From positions 1,144 through 65,143 of the forward strand of contig DROT01000127.1 in assembly GCA_011321775.1 (NCBI GenBank): DNA of 64,000 nucleotides, read 5' to 3'. This document shows, piece after piece, positions 1 to 11,053 of this stretch. A program made the position numbers and the translations under genes. The number at the start of each line of letters is the position of its first letter. Positions within the stretch are counted from its first letter, which is position 1. The notes under the pieces were generated by a model. That model did not search any database. It was not told where the DNA came from and saw nothing but the letters and a program-made list of their open reading frames with translations. The DNA is from Gammaproteobacteria bacterium (lineage in GTDB: Bacteria; Pseudomonadota; Gammaproteobacteria; DSM-19610).

Positions 1-701
1 CCGGCTTTCCATCCATGGCGGTGGAAATAGTTGGCGACGCTGCCGATGATGTCGTCCAGGCTGTCCCACAGGTCCCTCTTGCCGTCCTTGTTGAAGTCGA
101 TGGCGTAGTTGCGATAGCTGGAAGGGATGAACTGGCCGTACCCCATGGCGCCCGCATAGGAGCCGGTGGCCTTGCTGGCATCGATGCCTTCCTCCTGTGC
201 CAGTACCAGGAATTCCTCCAGTTCGGAACGGAAGAACTTGCTGCGCGGCGGATAGGCGAAGGCCAGGGTGGAGAGTGCATCGATGACCCGGTAGGAGCCG
301 GTATTGGCGCCGAAGCGGGTCTCCACACCGATGATGGCGACGACCACGGCGGGGTCGACCCCGAAGGCCTTGCGGGCCCGTTCCAGGATATCGGCATTCC
401 TGCGCCAGAAGCGGACACCGCCCTCGATGCGGTCGGGGGTGAGGAAGATCTTGCGGTATTCGTACCAGGGCTTGGTCTTCTCCGCCGGCCGCGAGATGGC
501 TTCGAGGATGTCTTCGCGCTTCCTGGCGCCGGCGAACAGTTTCTGCAGCGCCGCGCGATCGAAGTGGTGACGTTGCACCATTTCATCGATGAAGGCTTCC
601 ACCTGCGGATCGTTCTGGAAGTTTCCCGCGCAGCCGGGGCCGGTCGCCAGTATCCCCAGCAGACTCAGGAGCCACGTTGCCAGCCTGTTGCGTCTTCGCA
701 C
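1..701 (-). CDS. mltB: Lytic murein transglycosylase B (runs off the window start, 3' partial)
   Basis: Manual minus-strand translation from GTG 701 gives ...VAIIGVETRFG...GSYAGAMGYGQFIPSSYRNYAIDFNKDGKRDLW, the MltB motifs. Lies downstream of rodA. Absent from the ORF track because it is truncated. Confidence 0.93.
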   Translation of the reverse strand, partial: MRRRNRLATWLLSLLGILATGPGCAGNFQNDPQVEAFIDEMVQRHHFDRAALQKLFAGARKREDILEAISRPAEKTKPWYEYRKIFLTPDRIEGGVRFWRRNADILERARKAFGVDPAVVVAIIGVETRFGANTGSYRVIDALSTLAFAYPPRSKFFRSELEEFLVLAQEEGIDASKATGSYAGAMGYGQFIPSSYRNYAIDFNKDGKRDLWDSLDDIIGSVANYFHRHGWKA

Positions 702-710
702 GCCAATTCC

Positions 711-1835
711 CTATGTCGGTAACAGTTTTCTGTGAGTGTGTATGGACATGAGCATACCGAAACCGGCCATCAGGGTCACCATCGACGTGCCGCCGTAACT
801 GACCAGCGGCAGCGGCAGGCCCACCACCGGAAGCAGACCGGTGACCATGCCGGTGTTGACGATGATGTAGATGAAGAAAGTCATCGCCAGGCTGCCGCCG
901 AGGAGGCGGCCGTAGGTGTCCTGCGCCTGGGTGGCGATCTGGATGCTGCGGATGATGATGAAGCTGTAGACCAGCAGCAGCACGACGATGCCGAACAGTC
1001 CGAACTCCTCTCCCAGTACCGCGAAGATGAAATCGGTGGAACGTTCGGGAAGGAACTCCAGGTGCGCCTGGGTGCCGTGCATCCAGCCCTTGCCGAACAG
1101 GCCGCCGGAGCCGATGGCAATCTTGGACTGGATGATGTGGTAGCCGGCGCCCAGCGGGTCCTGTTCCGGATCGAGGAAGGTGATGACGCGCTGGCGCTGG
1201 TAGTCATGCATGAAATGCCACAGGATCGGCGCGCCGCCGGCGGCCAGCAGGGCCAGCCCGCCCAGCAGTTTCCACGACAGACCCGCGAGGAACAGCACGA
1301 AGAAGCCGGCGCTGCCGATCAGCAGTGAGGTGCCCAGGTCCGGCTGCTTGGCGATCAGCAATACCGGCACCACGATCAGTGCGCCGGCGATGAGCAGTTT
1401 CAGACCGGTGGGAGGCAGTCGCTTGTCGGCCAGGTACCAGGCCACCATCATGGGTACCGCCAGTTTCATCATTTCCGAGGGCTGGAAGCGCACGAAACCG
1501 AAATCGAGCCAGCGCTGGGCTCCCTTGCCGACATCGCCCACCAGCAGTACCGCCACCAGCAGGGCCAGCCCCACGCCGTAGATCCAGGGCGTCCAGTGTT
1601 CCAGCCACTGTGGCCGGATCTGGGCCACGAAGAACAGGGTGCCGAAGGCGATGCCCAGTCGCACCAGCTGGCGCAGCAGCAGCTGGCTGTCACCACCGGC
1701 GGAGCTGTAGAGCACGAACAGTCCGAGCGTCGACAGGGTCACCAGTCCCAGCAGCAGCAGGGCGTCGAGGTGCAGGGTATGTTGCCAGTCCCGGCGGCTG
1801 GCGTCTTCGCGGCTGCTGTCCAGCAGGGTGCTCAT
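711..1835 (-). CDS. rodA: Rod shape-determining SEDS protein RodA
   Basis: GAQRWLDFGFVRFQPSE, QPDLGT, GYHIIQSKIAIGSGG and LPFVSYGG-like motifs. Start set at MSTLLDS, where the ATG overlaps the mrdA stop. Confidence 0.96.
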   Translation of the reverse strand: MSTLLDSSREDASRRDWQHTLHLDALLLLGLVTLSTLGLFVLYSSAGGDSQLLLRQLVRLGIAFGTLFFVAQIRPQWLEHWTPWIYGVGLALLVAVLLVGDVGKGAQRWLDFGFVRFQPSEMMKLAVPMMVAWYLADKRLPPTGLKLLIAGALIVVPVLLIAKQPDLGTSLLIGSAGFFVLFLAGLSWKLLGGLALLAAGGAPILWHFMHDYQRQRVITFLDPEQDPLGAGYHIIQSKIAIGSGGLFGKGWMHGTQAHLEFLPERSTDFIFAVLGEEFGLFGIVVLLLVYSFIIIRSIQIATQAQDTYGRLLGGSLAMTFFIYIIVNTGMVTGLLPVVGLPLPLVSYGGTSMVTLMAGFGMLMSIHTHRKLLPT

Positions 1836-3682
1836 GGGGACGGCTTCTTCAGGTAGTGGTCCATGATCTTGCGGGCGATGGGCGCGGCCACGGCGCTGCC
1901 GCTGCCGCCGTGTTCGACCACCACGGCTACCGCGACCCTGGGCTTGTCGACCGGCGCGAAAGCGATGAACAGCGAGTGATCGTGCAGTTCCTTCGACAGC
2001 TTGCTGGCATCGTATTTCTCCTCCTTCTTGAGCCCGAACACCTGCGCCGTGCCGGTCTTGCCGGCGATCTCGTACCAGGCCCCCTTGCTGATCTTGCGGG
2101 CGGTGCCGTGCCTGCCCTGGACCACCTCGCGCATGGCGTGGATGACCGTGGTCCAGTGCTGGCGGTCCTCGACCGGAATGTCGAGTATGGTCTCTACCGG
2201 CCTGGGTGTCAGCTCCCCGTCCTCGTGCGTCTGGGTGGCGGCCACGATGCGCGGTCGCAGGCGGCGGCCATATTGCGACAGGGTGGCGGTGGCGCTGGCG
2301 AGCTGGATCGGTGTCGACAGCACGAAGCCCTGGCCGATGCCGGCGATGAGGGTCTCGCCGGGGAACCATGGCTGGTTGTGGGTGGCGCGTTTCCATTCGC
2401 GCGAGGGCAACAAACCCGGAAGTTCTCCCTTGATGTCGATGCCGGTGCGCTGCCCGAAGCCGAACAGGGACAGGAATTCGTGCAGCCGGTCGATGCCCAT
2501 GGACAGGGCCAGGTCATAGAAATAGACGTCACAGGACTGGGCGATGGCGCTGACGAGGTCGACGGTGCCGTGTCCCCAGCGTTTCCAGTCGCGGTACTTG
2601 CGCGCCTTGCCCGGAAGCTGGTAGAAGCCCGGGCAGTAGGTATGGGCGTGTGCCGTGGTGATCCCCTGTTCCAGCCCGCCGAGTGCGACGAACGGCTTCA
2701 GGGTCGATCCCGGGGGGTACTGGCCGCGCAGCGCCCGGTTGAACAGCGGCCGTTGGGGATCGTCGCGCAATGCCTTGTAGCTGTCGACATCGATACCGTT
2801 GACGAACAGGTTGGGGTCGTAGCTCGGCAGGCTGACGAAGGCGAGCACGTCGCCGTTGGCGGGATCGATGACGATGGCGGCACCGGCCTTGCCCTCGAAG
2901 GCCTGTTCGGCCGCGCTCTGCAGTTCGGCATCCAGGGTGAGATACAGGTTCTCGCCGGGTACCGGCGGTATGCGCGTCAGGGTCCGCAGGATCCGCCCCT
3001 CGGCGTTGGTCTCTACCTGGCGGTAGCCGACACTGCCGTGGAGGAGATCTTCGTAGGTCTTTTCGATGCCGACCTTGCCGATGTGGGTGGTGCCGCTGTA
3101 ATTGGAGCCGTCGACGTTCTGCAGATCGCGCTCGTCGATGCGGCCGACATAGCCAATGGCGTGCGCGGCCAGCGGGCCGTGCGGATAGTGCCGCGACAGG
3201 CCGGCGACGATATCCACTCCCGGAAAGCGGTGGCGGTTGATGGCAAAGCGCGCCACCTCCTCGTCGCTCAGGTGGAAGCGCAGCGGTACCGGTTTGAAGG
3301 AAGGCGTGCGCTGGCGCAGCCTGCGGAAACGCTTGAGGTCGACGTCGCGGATGTCGATCAGCTTGCCCAGTTCCGCCAGGGTGGCATCGAGATCGTGGAT
3401 CTGCTCGCGGGTGATCTCGAGGCGGTAGGAAGGCAGGTTGTCCGCAAGGATGAGGCCGTTGCGGTCGAAGATCAGGCCGCGATTGGGCGGCAGTGGCAGG
3501 ATCTTGATGCGGTTGTCGTCGGACAGGGTGATGAAATGCTCGTGCGCGACCACCTGCAGGTATACCAGGCGTCCCACCAGCACGGCGAACAGCAGGCCGG
3601 CGATGATCAGCGCCTGTATGGCGCGCTGCATGAACAGGTGACTCTCGTAGAGGTAGTCCTTGATCGTGACCGGTCTTGCCAT
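1832..3682 (-). CDS. mrdA: Penicillin-binding protein 2
   Basis: PNRGLIFDRNG, YPPGSTLKP (SxxK), SCD (SxD) and KTGTAQ motifs. Operon context. Confidence 0.97.
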   Translation of the reverse strand: MARPVTIKDYLYESHLFMQRAIQALIIAGLLFAVLVGRLVYLQVVAHEHFITLSDDNRIKILPLPPNRGLIFDRNGLILADNLPSYRLEITREQIHDLDATLAELGKLIDIRDVDLKRFRRLRQRTPSFKPVPLRFHLSDEEVARFAINRHRFPGVDIVAGLSRHYPHGPLAAHAIGYVGRIDERDLQNVDGSNYSGTTHIGKVGIEKTYEDLLHGSVGYRQVETNAEGRILRTLTRIPPVPGENLYLTLDAELQSAAEQAFEGKAGAAIVIDPANGDVLAFVSLPSYDPNLFVNGIDVDSYKALRDDPQRPLFNRALRGQYPPGSTLKPFVALGGLEQGITTAHAHTYCPGFYQLPGKARKYRDWKRWGHGTVDLVSAIAQSCDVYFYDLALSMGIDRLHEFLSLFGFGQRTGIDIKGELPGLLPSREWKRATHNQPWFPGETLIAGIGQGFVLSTPIQLASATATLSQYGRRLRPRIVAATQTHEDGELTPRPVETILDIPVEDRQHWTTVIHAMREVVQGRHGTARKISKGAWYEIAGKTGTAQVFGLKKEEKYDASKLSKELHDHSLFIAFAPVDKPRVAVAVVVEHGGSGSAVAAPIARKIMDHYLKKPSP

Positions 3683-3685
3683 ACC

Positions 3686-4174
3686 TCAGGAAACCGAGAA
3701 GTTGATTCGCAGAGCGGTAAGGATCCGGTAGACGAGCGGCCACAGCACCATGCCGACCAGCGAAGGCAGCCAGTAGCTGAAGGGGTGCGGCGGACGACCG
3801 ATGAGGCTGTCGATCCACAGCACCACCAGCTGTTGCAGCACCAGCAGTACCAGTACCGTCAGGGACTGCTGCCACATGGGGTAGGCGCGGATGCGCAGGT
3901 GCAGGCGAACGCACAGGTAGGCGACCAGACTCAGCGCCAGGGCATGCTGACCCAGCAGGGTGCCGGTAAGCACGTCCAGCAGCAGTCCGGCCAGGAAGCC
4001 CGAGCCGACACTGACACGGTAGGGCAGTACCAGCGACCAGAAGATCAGGGTCAGTGCCACCCAGTCGGGACGGAAGCTGCGTACCCCGTCCGACAGCGGG
4101 ACGATGGTCAGCAACATGGCCGTGCCGAAGCTCAGCAGGATGACGAAGCCGCCGTGGTGCCTGGCCAGACTCAT
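3686..4174 (-). CDS. mreD: Rod shape-determining protein MreD
   Basis: Hydrophobic protein with RPDWVALTLIFW and GLLLDVLTGTLLGQHALA. ATGA overlap with mreC. Confidence 0.95.
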   Translation of the reverse strand: MSLARHHGGFVILLSFGTAMLLTIVPLSDGVRSFRPDWVALTLIFWSLVLPYRVSVGSGFLAGLLLDVLTGTLLGQHALALSLVAYLCVRLHLRIRAYPMWQQSLTVLVLLVLQQLVVLWIDSLIGRPPHPFSYWLPSLVGMVLWPLVYRILTALRINFSVS

Positions 4175-5076
4175 GGGCTCTCTGGCGGTCCGTCTTCGGT
4201 CGTCTTCGGCGTCCCGGCAGGCGCGGTCATTTCCGCCGGCGCCGGCTGCGGCAGTTCCTCCGGCCACACCAGCAACACCTCGCGGCTGCGGTCCAGCATG
4301 GCTCGCGGGCGCGCGAGCACGTGGGAGAAGGCGCGCCCGGGATCCTGCTCCACCAGCGTCACCTCGGCCACCGGGTAGCCGGGCGGGAAGCGACCGCCGA
4401 GGCCGGAGGTGACCAGCAGGTCACCGACGCGGATGTCGGCGTTGTTGGGAATGTGCGGCAGCTCCAGCCGGTCGATGGCGCCGGTGCCCAGCGCAATGGT
4501 GCGCAGGCCGTTGCGGTTGACCTGTACCGGGATGGCGTGCGCGGCGTCGGTGATCAGCATGGCCGTGGAGGTGAAGGGGCCGACGTGGATCAGCTGGCCC
4601 ATGACCCCCTGGCTGTCCAGTACCGGCTGGCCTTCGAACAGGTGGTCCAGGGAGCCCTTGTTGATCTCCACCTGGTGGCGGTAGGGGTCCATGTCGACCG
4701 ACAGCAGTTCGGCGATCAGCATCGGGCGCTTGCCGACCTGGAAGGACGAATCCAGCAGTGCGCGCAGGCGGCGGTTCTCGGCCTCCAGGGATTCCAGTTT
4801 CTGCAACTCGCTGTTGAGCATCAGCAACTGGGTGTGGAGGGCGGCGTTGTCCTCCTGCAGTTCACGCCGCGTCGCCAGCGACTCCCGGAACCACTCGCTG
4901 GTCGAACCGGGCAGGTCCACCAGCCACTGCAGGGGATAGACCACCACCGACAACGCGCCCCGCAGGCTCTCGAGATGGTGCTGCCGGTGGTCGACAGTCA
5001 TCAGTACGATGGAGAGTAGTACCAGTCCGAGCAGGCGTGCCAGCAGCGGCGGACCCGCTGTAAAGATCTGCTTGAT
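4171..5076 (-). CDS. mreC: Rod shape-determining protein MreC (start probably ATC 5076; ATG 5001 would cut off the TM helix)
   Basis: ENRRLRALL, GDLLVTSGLGGRFPPGYPV. The frame is open upstream of ATG 5001 as IKQIFTAGPPLLARLLGLVLLSIVLM, matching the MreC N-terminus. Confidence 0.9.
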   Translation of the reverse strand: MKQIFTAGPPLLARLLGLVLLSIVLMTVDHRQHHLESLRGALSVVVYPLQWLVDLPGSTSEWFRESLATRRELQEDNAALHTQLLMLNSELQKLESLEAENRRLRALLDSSFQVGKRPMLIAELLSVDMDPYRHQVEINKGSLDHLFEGQPVLDSQGVMGQLIHVGPFTSTAMLITDAAHAIPVQVNRNGLRTIALGTGAIDRLELPHIPNNADIRVGDLLVTSGLGGRFPPGYPVAEVTLVEQDPGRAFSHVLARPRAMLDRSREVLLVWPEELPQPAPAEMTAPAGTPKTTEDGPPESP

Positions 5077-5098
5077 GGTTCAGCCCCGCGTCATGGTC

Positions 5099-6268
<1,170 letters not shown>

Positions 6269-6311
6269 CTACCTTGTGCGTTTTGGCAGATCCATCACCG
6301 GAAGCGGAAAA

Positions 6312-6599
6312 ATGTCGCTGGATATCGAAGAAGTCATCAGGATCGCCCACCTCGCGCGCCTCGGTGTGGACGAGAGCGAATACCCGGCCTACGCTCGCAA
6401 CCTGTCCGACATCCTGTCGTTCGTGGAGCAGCTGAACGCCGTGGACACGGACGGCGTGGAGCCCATGGCGCACCCGCTGGAGGCGAAGCAGAGAATGCGT
6501 CCCGATCGGGTCACCGAGGGTGACCAGCGCGAACGGTTCCAGCGCATTGCGCCGAAGGTGGAAAACGGCCTCTACCTGGTGCCGAAAGTCATCGAATAA
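6312..6599 (+). CDS. gatC: Asp/Glu-tRNA amidotransferase subunit C
   Basis: [30 protein letters not shown]. Confidence 0.96.
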   Translation: MSLDIEEVIRIAHLARLGVDESEYPAYARNLSDILSFVEQLNAVDTDGVEPMAHPLEAKQRMRPDRVTEGDQRERFQRIAPKVENGLYLVPKVIE

Positions 6600-6618
6600 C
6601 CGCCCGCAGATCCCAGAC

Positions 6619-8073
6619 ATGCATCAAAAGAAACTTGCCGAACTGGCCGCCGCCCTGCGCGCCGGGGACTTCACCAGCGAGGAGCTGACGCGCGCCTTTC
6701 TCGAACGCATCGAACGCTACGACGGGCAGTTGAACAGCGTCATCACGCTGACGGCCGAGCAGGCATTGCAGCAGGCGCGCGCGGCCGATGCCCGCATCGC
6801 TGCCGGCGAAGGCGGTCCGCTGACCGGTATCCCCTTTCTGCACAAGGATATTTTCTGCACCCTGGGGGTGCGCACCAGTTGCGGTTCGCGCATGCTGGAC
6901 AATTTCGAGGCGCCCTACGATGCCACCGTCAGCGCCCGCCTCAGGGAAGCCGGTGCGGTGATGCTCGGCAAGACCAACATGGACGAGTTTGCCATGGGCT
7001 CTTCCAACGAGACCAGCTTCTACGGCCCGGTGCGCAATCCCTGGGACCTGGAGCGCGTGCCCGGCGGTTCCTCCGGGGGTTCCGCCGCCGCGGTGGCGGC
7101 GCGGCTGGCGCCCCTGGCGACCGGTACCGACACCGGTGGCTCCATCCGCCAGCCGGCGGCCCTGTGCGGCATCACCGGCATCAAGCCGACCTATGGCCGG
7201 GTATCGCGCTATGGCATGATTGCCTTCGCCTCCAGCCTCGACCAGGGTGGTCCGCTGGCGTCCTCGGCCGAGGACGCGGCCTGGCTGTTGCAGGCCATGT
7301 CCGGATTCGACGAACGCGATTCCACCAGCATGGAGCGACCCGTCGACCCCTACCCGGAGATGCTGGATATGGATCTGTCCGGTCTGCGTATCGGACTGCC
7401 GCGGGAGTACTTCGGCGAGGGCCTGGATGCCGGTGTGGCCGCGGCGGTGGAGGCGGCTGTCGAGGCGTTCCGGGGACTGGGTGCCGAGGTGCGGGACATC
7501 AGTCTGCCCAACGCGGCGCTGGCGGTGCCGGCCTATTATGTGGTGGCGCCCGCCGAGTGTTCCTCCAACCTGTCGCGCATGGATGGCGTTCGCTTCGGCT
7601 ATCGTTGCGAGAATCCGCGCGACCTCGAGGACCTGTATGTGCGTTCCCGCGGCGAGGGTTTCGGCGCCGAGGTCAAGCGCCGTATTCTCATCGGCACCTA
7701 CGCCCTGTCGGCCGGCTACTACGATGCCTACTATCTCAAGGCGCAACAGGTGCGGCGCCTGATCCGCGACGATTTCACCCGCGCCTTCGGTGAGGTCGAC
7801 CTCATCATGGGACCCACCTCGCCGACCACGGCCTTCCGGCTGGGCGAAAAGGCCGACGACCCGGTGACCATGTATCTCTCGGATATCTATACCATTGCCG
7901 TCAATCTCGCCGGCCTGCCCGGCATGTCGATACCGGCGGGGATGGTGGACGGTCTGCCGGTCGGCCTGCAGATCATCGGCAACTATTTCGACGAGGCTCG
8001 CATGCTGGCCGCGGCGCACCGCTACCAGCAGGTGACCGACTGGCACCGGCGCCGGCCGCCGGGCTTCGAGTGA
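6619..8073 (+). CDS. gatA: Asp/Glu-tRNA amidotransferase subunit A
   Basis: Amidase signature [13 protein letters not shown]...[12 protein letters not shown]...[12 protein letters not shown]. Confidence 0.97.
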   Translation: MHQKKLAELAAALRAGDFTSEELTRAFLERIERYDGQLNSVITLTAEQALQQARAADARIAAGEGGPLTGIPFLHKDIFCTLGVRTSCGSRMLDNFEAPYDATVSARLREAGAVMLGKTNMDEFAMGSSNETSFYGPVRNPWDLERVPGGSSGGSAAAVAARLAPLATGTDTGGSIRQPAALCGITGIKPTYGRVSRYGMIAFASSLDQGGPLASSAEDAAWLLQAMSGFDERDSTSMERPVDPYPEMLDMDLSGLRIGLPREYFGEGLDAGVAAAVEAAVEAFRGLGAEVRDISLPNAALAVPAYYVVAPAECSSNLSRMDGVRFGYRCENPRDLEDLYVRSRGEGFGAEVKRRILIGTYALSAGYYDAYYLKAQQVRRLIRDDFTRAFGEVDLIMGPTSPTTAFRLGEKADDPVTMYLSDIYTIAVNLAGLPGMSIPAGMVDGLPVGLQIIGNYFDEARMLAAAHRYQQVTDWHRRRPPGFE

Positions 8074-8089
8074 AGACGGGGTAGGGAAC

Positions 8090-9526
8090 ATGGAGTGGGA
8101 AGTCGTCATCGGGCTGGAAATCCATGCCCAGCTCGCCACACGGAGCAAGATCTTTTCCGGGGCCTCCACCGCCTACGGTGCGCCGCCCAATACCCAGGCC
8201 TGCGCGGTGGACCTGGGGTTGCCGGGCGTGTTGCCGGTGCTCAACGGCGAGGTGGTGCGCATGGCGGCGAAGTTCGGCCTGGCGACGCACTCGACGGTGG
8301 CGCGGCGCTCGGTGTTCGCGCGCAAGAACTACTTCTATCCCGATCTGCCCAAGGGTTACCAGATCAGTCAGTACGAGCTGCCCATCGTCCACGACGGCTA
8401 CCTCGACATCGACCTCGATGACGGCAGCAGCAAGCGCATCGGCATCACCCGCGCCCACCTGGAGGAGGACGCCGGCAAGTCGCTGCACGAGGACTTCCAC
8501 GGCCAGACCGGCATCGACCTCAACCGCGCCGGCACGCCCCTGCTGGAGATCGTCTCGGAGCCGGACATCCGCTCGGCGCGCGAGGCAGTCGCCTACATGA
8601 AGAAGATCCATGCGCTGGTGCGCTACCTGGAGATCTGCGACGGCAACATGCAGGAGGGCTCCTTCCGCTGTGATGCCAACGTGTCGCTGCGTCCGCGCGG
8701 GCAGGAAGCCTTCGGTACCCGCACGGAGATCAAGAACATCAATTCCTTCCGCTTCGTCGAGCGGGCCATCAACTACGAGATCGAGCGCCAGATGGACGTG
8801 CTCGAGGGCGGTGGCCAGGTGGTGCAGGAGACGCGCCTGTACGATGCCGACCGCGACGAGACCCGCTCCATGCGCACCAAGGAAGAGGCCAACGACTACC
8901 GCTATTTTCCCGATCCCGACCTGTTGCCGGTGGAACTCGACCAGGCGTTCCTCGATGAGGTGGCGGCCAGCCTGCCGGAACTCCCGGACGCCAGGCGCGC
9001 GCGTTTCGTGGAACAGTATGGCCTGTCGCACCACGATGCCGGCGTGCTCACCGCGAGTCGTGAAGTGGCCGCCTACTTCGAGGCCACGGTCGAGGCTGCA
9101 GGCGGTGAGGGCAAGCTGTCGGCCAACTGGGTGACGGGGGAGCTGAGCGGCGTGCTCAACAAGGAAGGGATGGACATCGGCGACAGTCCGGTGACGCCGC
9201 AGATGCTCGGCGGGCTGCTGCTGCGCATCGCCGACGGTACCATCTCCGGCAAGATCGCCAAGCAGGTGTTCGAGGCCATGTGGAAGGGCGAGGGGGAAGC
9301 CGACAGCATCATCGAACAGCGCGGCCTCAAGCAGATCACCGATAGCGGCGCCATCGAGAAGATCGTCCGCGAAGTGCTGGAAGCCAATCCCAAACAGGTG
9401 GAGCAGTACAAGGGCGGGCAGGAGAAGCTGCTCGGCTTCTTCGTCGGCCAGGTGATGAAAGCCACCCAGGGCAAGGCCAACCCCGGCGAGGTCAACAGGA
9501 TCATCAAGCGTCTGCTGGCGGACTGA
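8090..9526 (+). CDS. gatB: Asp/Glu-tRNA amidotransferase subunit B
   Basis: [37 protein letters not shown]. Confidence 0.98.
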   Translation: MEWEVVIGLEIHAQLATRSKIFSGASTAYGAPPNTQACAVDLGLPGVLPVLNGEVVRMAAKFGLATHSTVARRSVFARKNYFYPDLPKGYQISQYELPIVHDGYLDIDLDDGSSKRIGITRAHLEEDAGKSLHEDFHGQTGIDLNRAGTPLLEIVSEPDIRSAREAVAYMKKIHALVRYLEICDGNMQEGSFRCDANVSLRPRGQEAFGTRTEIKNINSFRFVERAINYEIERQMDVLEGGGQVVQETRLYDADRDETRSMRTKEEANDYRYFPDPDLLPVELDQAFLDEVAASLPELPDARRARFVEQYGLSHHDAGVLTASREVAAYFEATVEAAGGEGKLSANWVTGELSGVLNKEGMDIGDSPVTPQMLGGLLLRIADGTISGKIAKQVFEAMWKGEGEADSIIEQRGLKQITDSGAIEKIVREVLEANPKQVEQYKGGQEKLLGFFVGQVMKATQGKANPGEVNRIIKRLLAD

Positions 9527-9589
9527 GCCCCCGTCCGGCAGTGCCTGCAGCGAACCGCAGCTGCCGTCATCGGGAATTGCACGAGGAGC

Positions 9590-9616
9590 CACGAAGGGCC
9601 GGGCCTGAGCCCGAAC
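9590..9616. repeat. Partial, degenerate copy of the left part of the 10905-11053 element
   Basis: cacgaagggccgggcctgagcccgaac versus cacgaagggttcgggcctgagcccgaac at 10920-10947. Confidence 0.75.
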
Positions 9617-10021
9617 CTAGATCTCCAGCTGAACCGGTTCCGCCTTGCCGTCGCGCAGGCGGAAGCCGCGCATTTCCAGTACGCCCTTGGTATTGAGCGA
9701 CACGATGAGATAGAGCGCGTCGGGATAGCCTGCCTGCTTCAGGTCTTCGTCCGAGGGTTCCGCCGGGGCGTGGGGATGGGAGTGGTAGATACCGAACAGT
9801 TCCTCGCCCTGTTCGCGCATCCGGCGCAGGGCGTCGATCTGTCCCTTGGGGTCCATCTGGAACAGCCGCTGTGGCTGGCTGGCGACGTTGGCCACGGCAA
9901 TGGCACGGCGCGGACGGCCGTTCTTCGCCGCGATCAGACCGCATACTTCGGTCTCGGGCGAAGACTGGGCCTGGTGCAGGATCTGGTTGACCAGCTGGCG
10001 TGGAAGGAAGACCGTTTCCAT
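9617..10021 (-). CDS. JAMM/MPN+ (Mov34, M67) metallopeptidase
   Basis: EVCGL...FQMDP...IYHSHPHAPAEPSDED, the E-HxH-x7-S-x2-D JAMM motif. Confidence 0.92.
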   Translation of the reverse strand: METVFLPRQLVNQILHQAQSSPETEVCGLIAAKNGRPRRAIAVANVASQPQRLFQMDPKGQIDALRRMREQGEELFGIYHSHPHAPAEPSDEDLKQAGYPDALYLIVSLNTKGVLEMRGFRLRDGKAEPVQLEI

Positions 10022-10070
10022 GGAGGAACTATAACCGGCTTTGCCGCCGCTGCAACTGTCCCTCTCTTCT

Positions 10071-10823
10071 TCAGTCGCTGCCATCACCGCACACCGGGCA
10101 GGCGGGATCGCGCCGCAGTTTCAGGCTGCGCCACTCCAGATGGCGTGCGTCGAACAGCAACAACTCGCCGCACAGGATATCCTCCTGGCCCAGCAGTATC
10201 TTGATCGCCTCCAGTGCCTGCAGGCTGCCGATGACACCCACCACCGGCGCCAGAACGCCGTTGTCGGCACAGGTCTGCGCGGGATCCTCGCCCTCGCTGT
10301 AGAGGCAGCGGTAGCACGGGCTGTCGCTGCGTTGCGGCAGGAACACCGACAGCTGTCCCTCCATGCGCACCGCGGCGCCGGACACCAGCGGCGTCCCGCT
10401 GCGCACGCAGGCTTCGTTGATGGCGAAGCGGGTGGCGAAGTTGTCGCTGGCATCGATGACGAGGTCCACGTCGGTGGCGAGTCTGTCGAGCGCGGCGGCA
10501 TCCAGACGCGCCTGCAGCGGCGTGACCCGGACGTCGGGGTTCAGCTCCCGCAGGGTGTCGCGGGCCGACTCGACCTTCGCTCGCCCGAGGTCATCGTGAC
10601 GATGCAGGATCTGACGCTGAAGATTGGACAGTTCCACCTCGTCGTCGTCGGCGATGGTGAGCCGGCCGACGCCGGCCGCGGCCAGGTAGAGGGCCGCCGG
10701 CGAGCCCAGGCCGCCGGCGCCGACGACCAGCACGTGGGCGTCGAGTAGCCTCTGCTGTCCTTCCACACCGATATCGGGCAACAGGATCTGTCGGCTGTAG
10801 CGCAGTAGCTGGTCGTCGTTCAT
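10071..10823 (-). CDS. moeB: MoeB/ThiF-family E1-like adenylyltransferase
   Basis: RYSRQILL, VGAGGLGSP, SNLQRQ, CYRC...C and CPVC zinc motifs. Confidence 0.9.
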   Translation of the reverse strand: MNDDQLLRYSRQILLPDIGVEGQQRLLDAHVLVVGAGGLGSPAALYLAAAGVGRLTIADDDEVELSNLQRQILHRHDDLGRAKVESARDTLRELNPDVRVTPLQARLDAAALDRLATDVDLVIDASDNFATRFAINEACVRSGTPLVSGAAVRMEGQLSVFLPQRSDSPCYRCLYSEGEDPAQTCADNGVLAPVVGVIGSLQALEAIKILLGQEDILCGELLLFDARHLEWRSLKLRRDPACPVCGDGSD

Positions 10824-10904
10824 CAAGCGAACATACCCGGGGTGCAGTGAAAAGAACAGGGTGTGCGGTGCCAGGGATACGGTCGCCGCAGCATATCGGT
10901 GACC

Positions 10905-11053
10905 TTAACCCCTATATTGCACGAAGGGTTCGGGCCTGAGCCCGAACAGGTACAAACGGTAACCTGGCAATACGCGTAAGAAATTCAATTATAGCCTTGT
11001 ATTGCAGCATAAGGTCGGATTGCCGTGCCGCCTTCGTTCAATATAGGGGTTAA
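10905..11053. mobile_element. MITE-like element, 149 bp, 23-bp terminal inverted repeats
   Basis: TTAACCCCTATATTGCACGAAGG (10905-10927) and CCTTCGTTCAATATAGGGGTTAA (11031-11053), one mismatch. Non-coding, self-complementary interior. Confidence 0.75.

Noticed and set aside
711-2396. 561-aa track ORF as one protein
   Set aside because: Only the part from ATG 1835 is RodA; the extension overlaps mrdA in another frame.
15-4378. Long plus-strand ORFs (15-722, 1610-4378 and others) opposite mltB, rodA, mrdA and mreD
   Set aside because: Antisense shadow frames typical of high-GC coding DNA; no motifs, and the opposite strand carries recognisable genes. The same applies to most unlisted track ORFs, e.g. 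6589-8169, 14927-16780, 42638-44440, 56058-57578.
5080-5082. Selenocysteine or programmed readthrough of the TGA before mreC
   Set aside because: No SECIS-like hairpin recognised and MreC has no Cys or Trp at this position; a non-AUG start is simpler.
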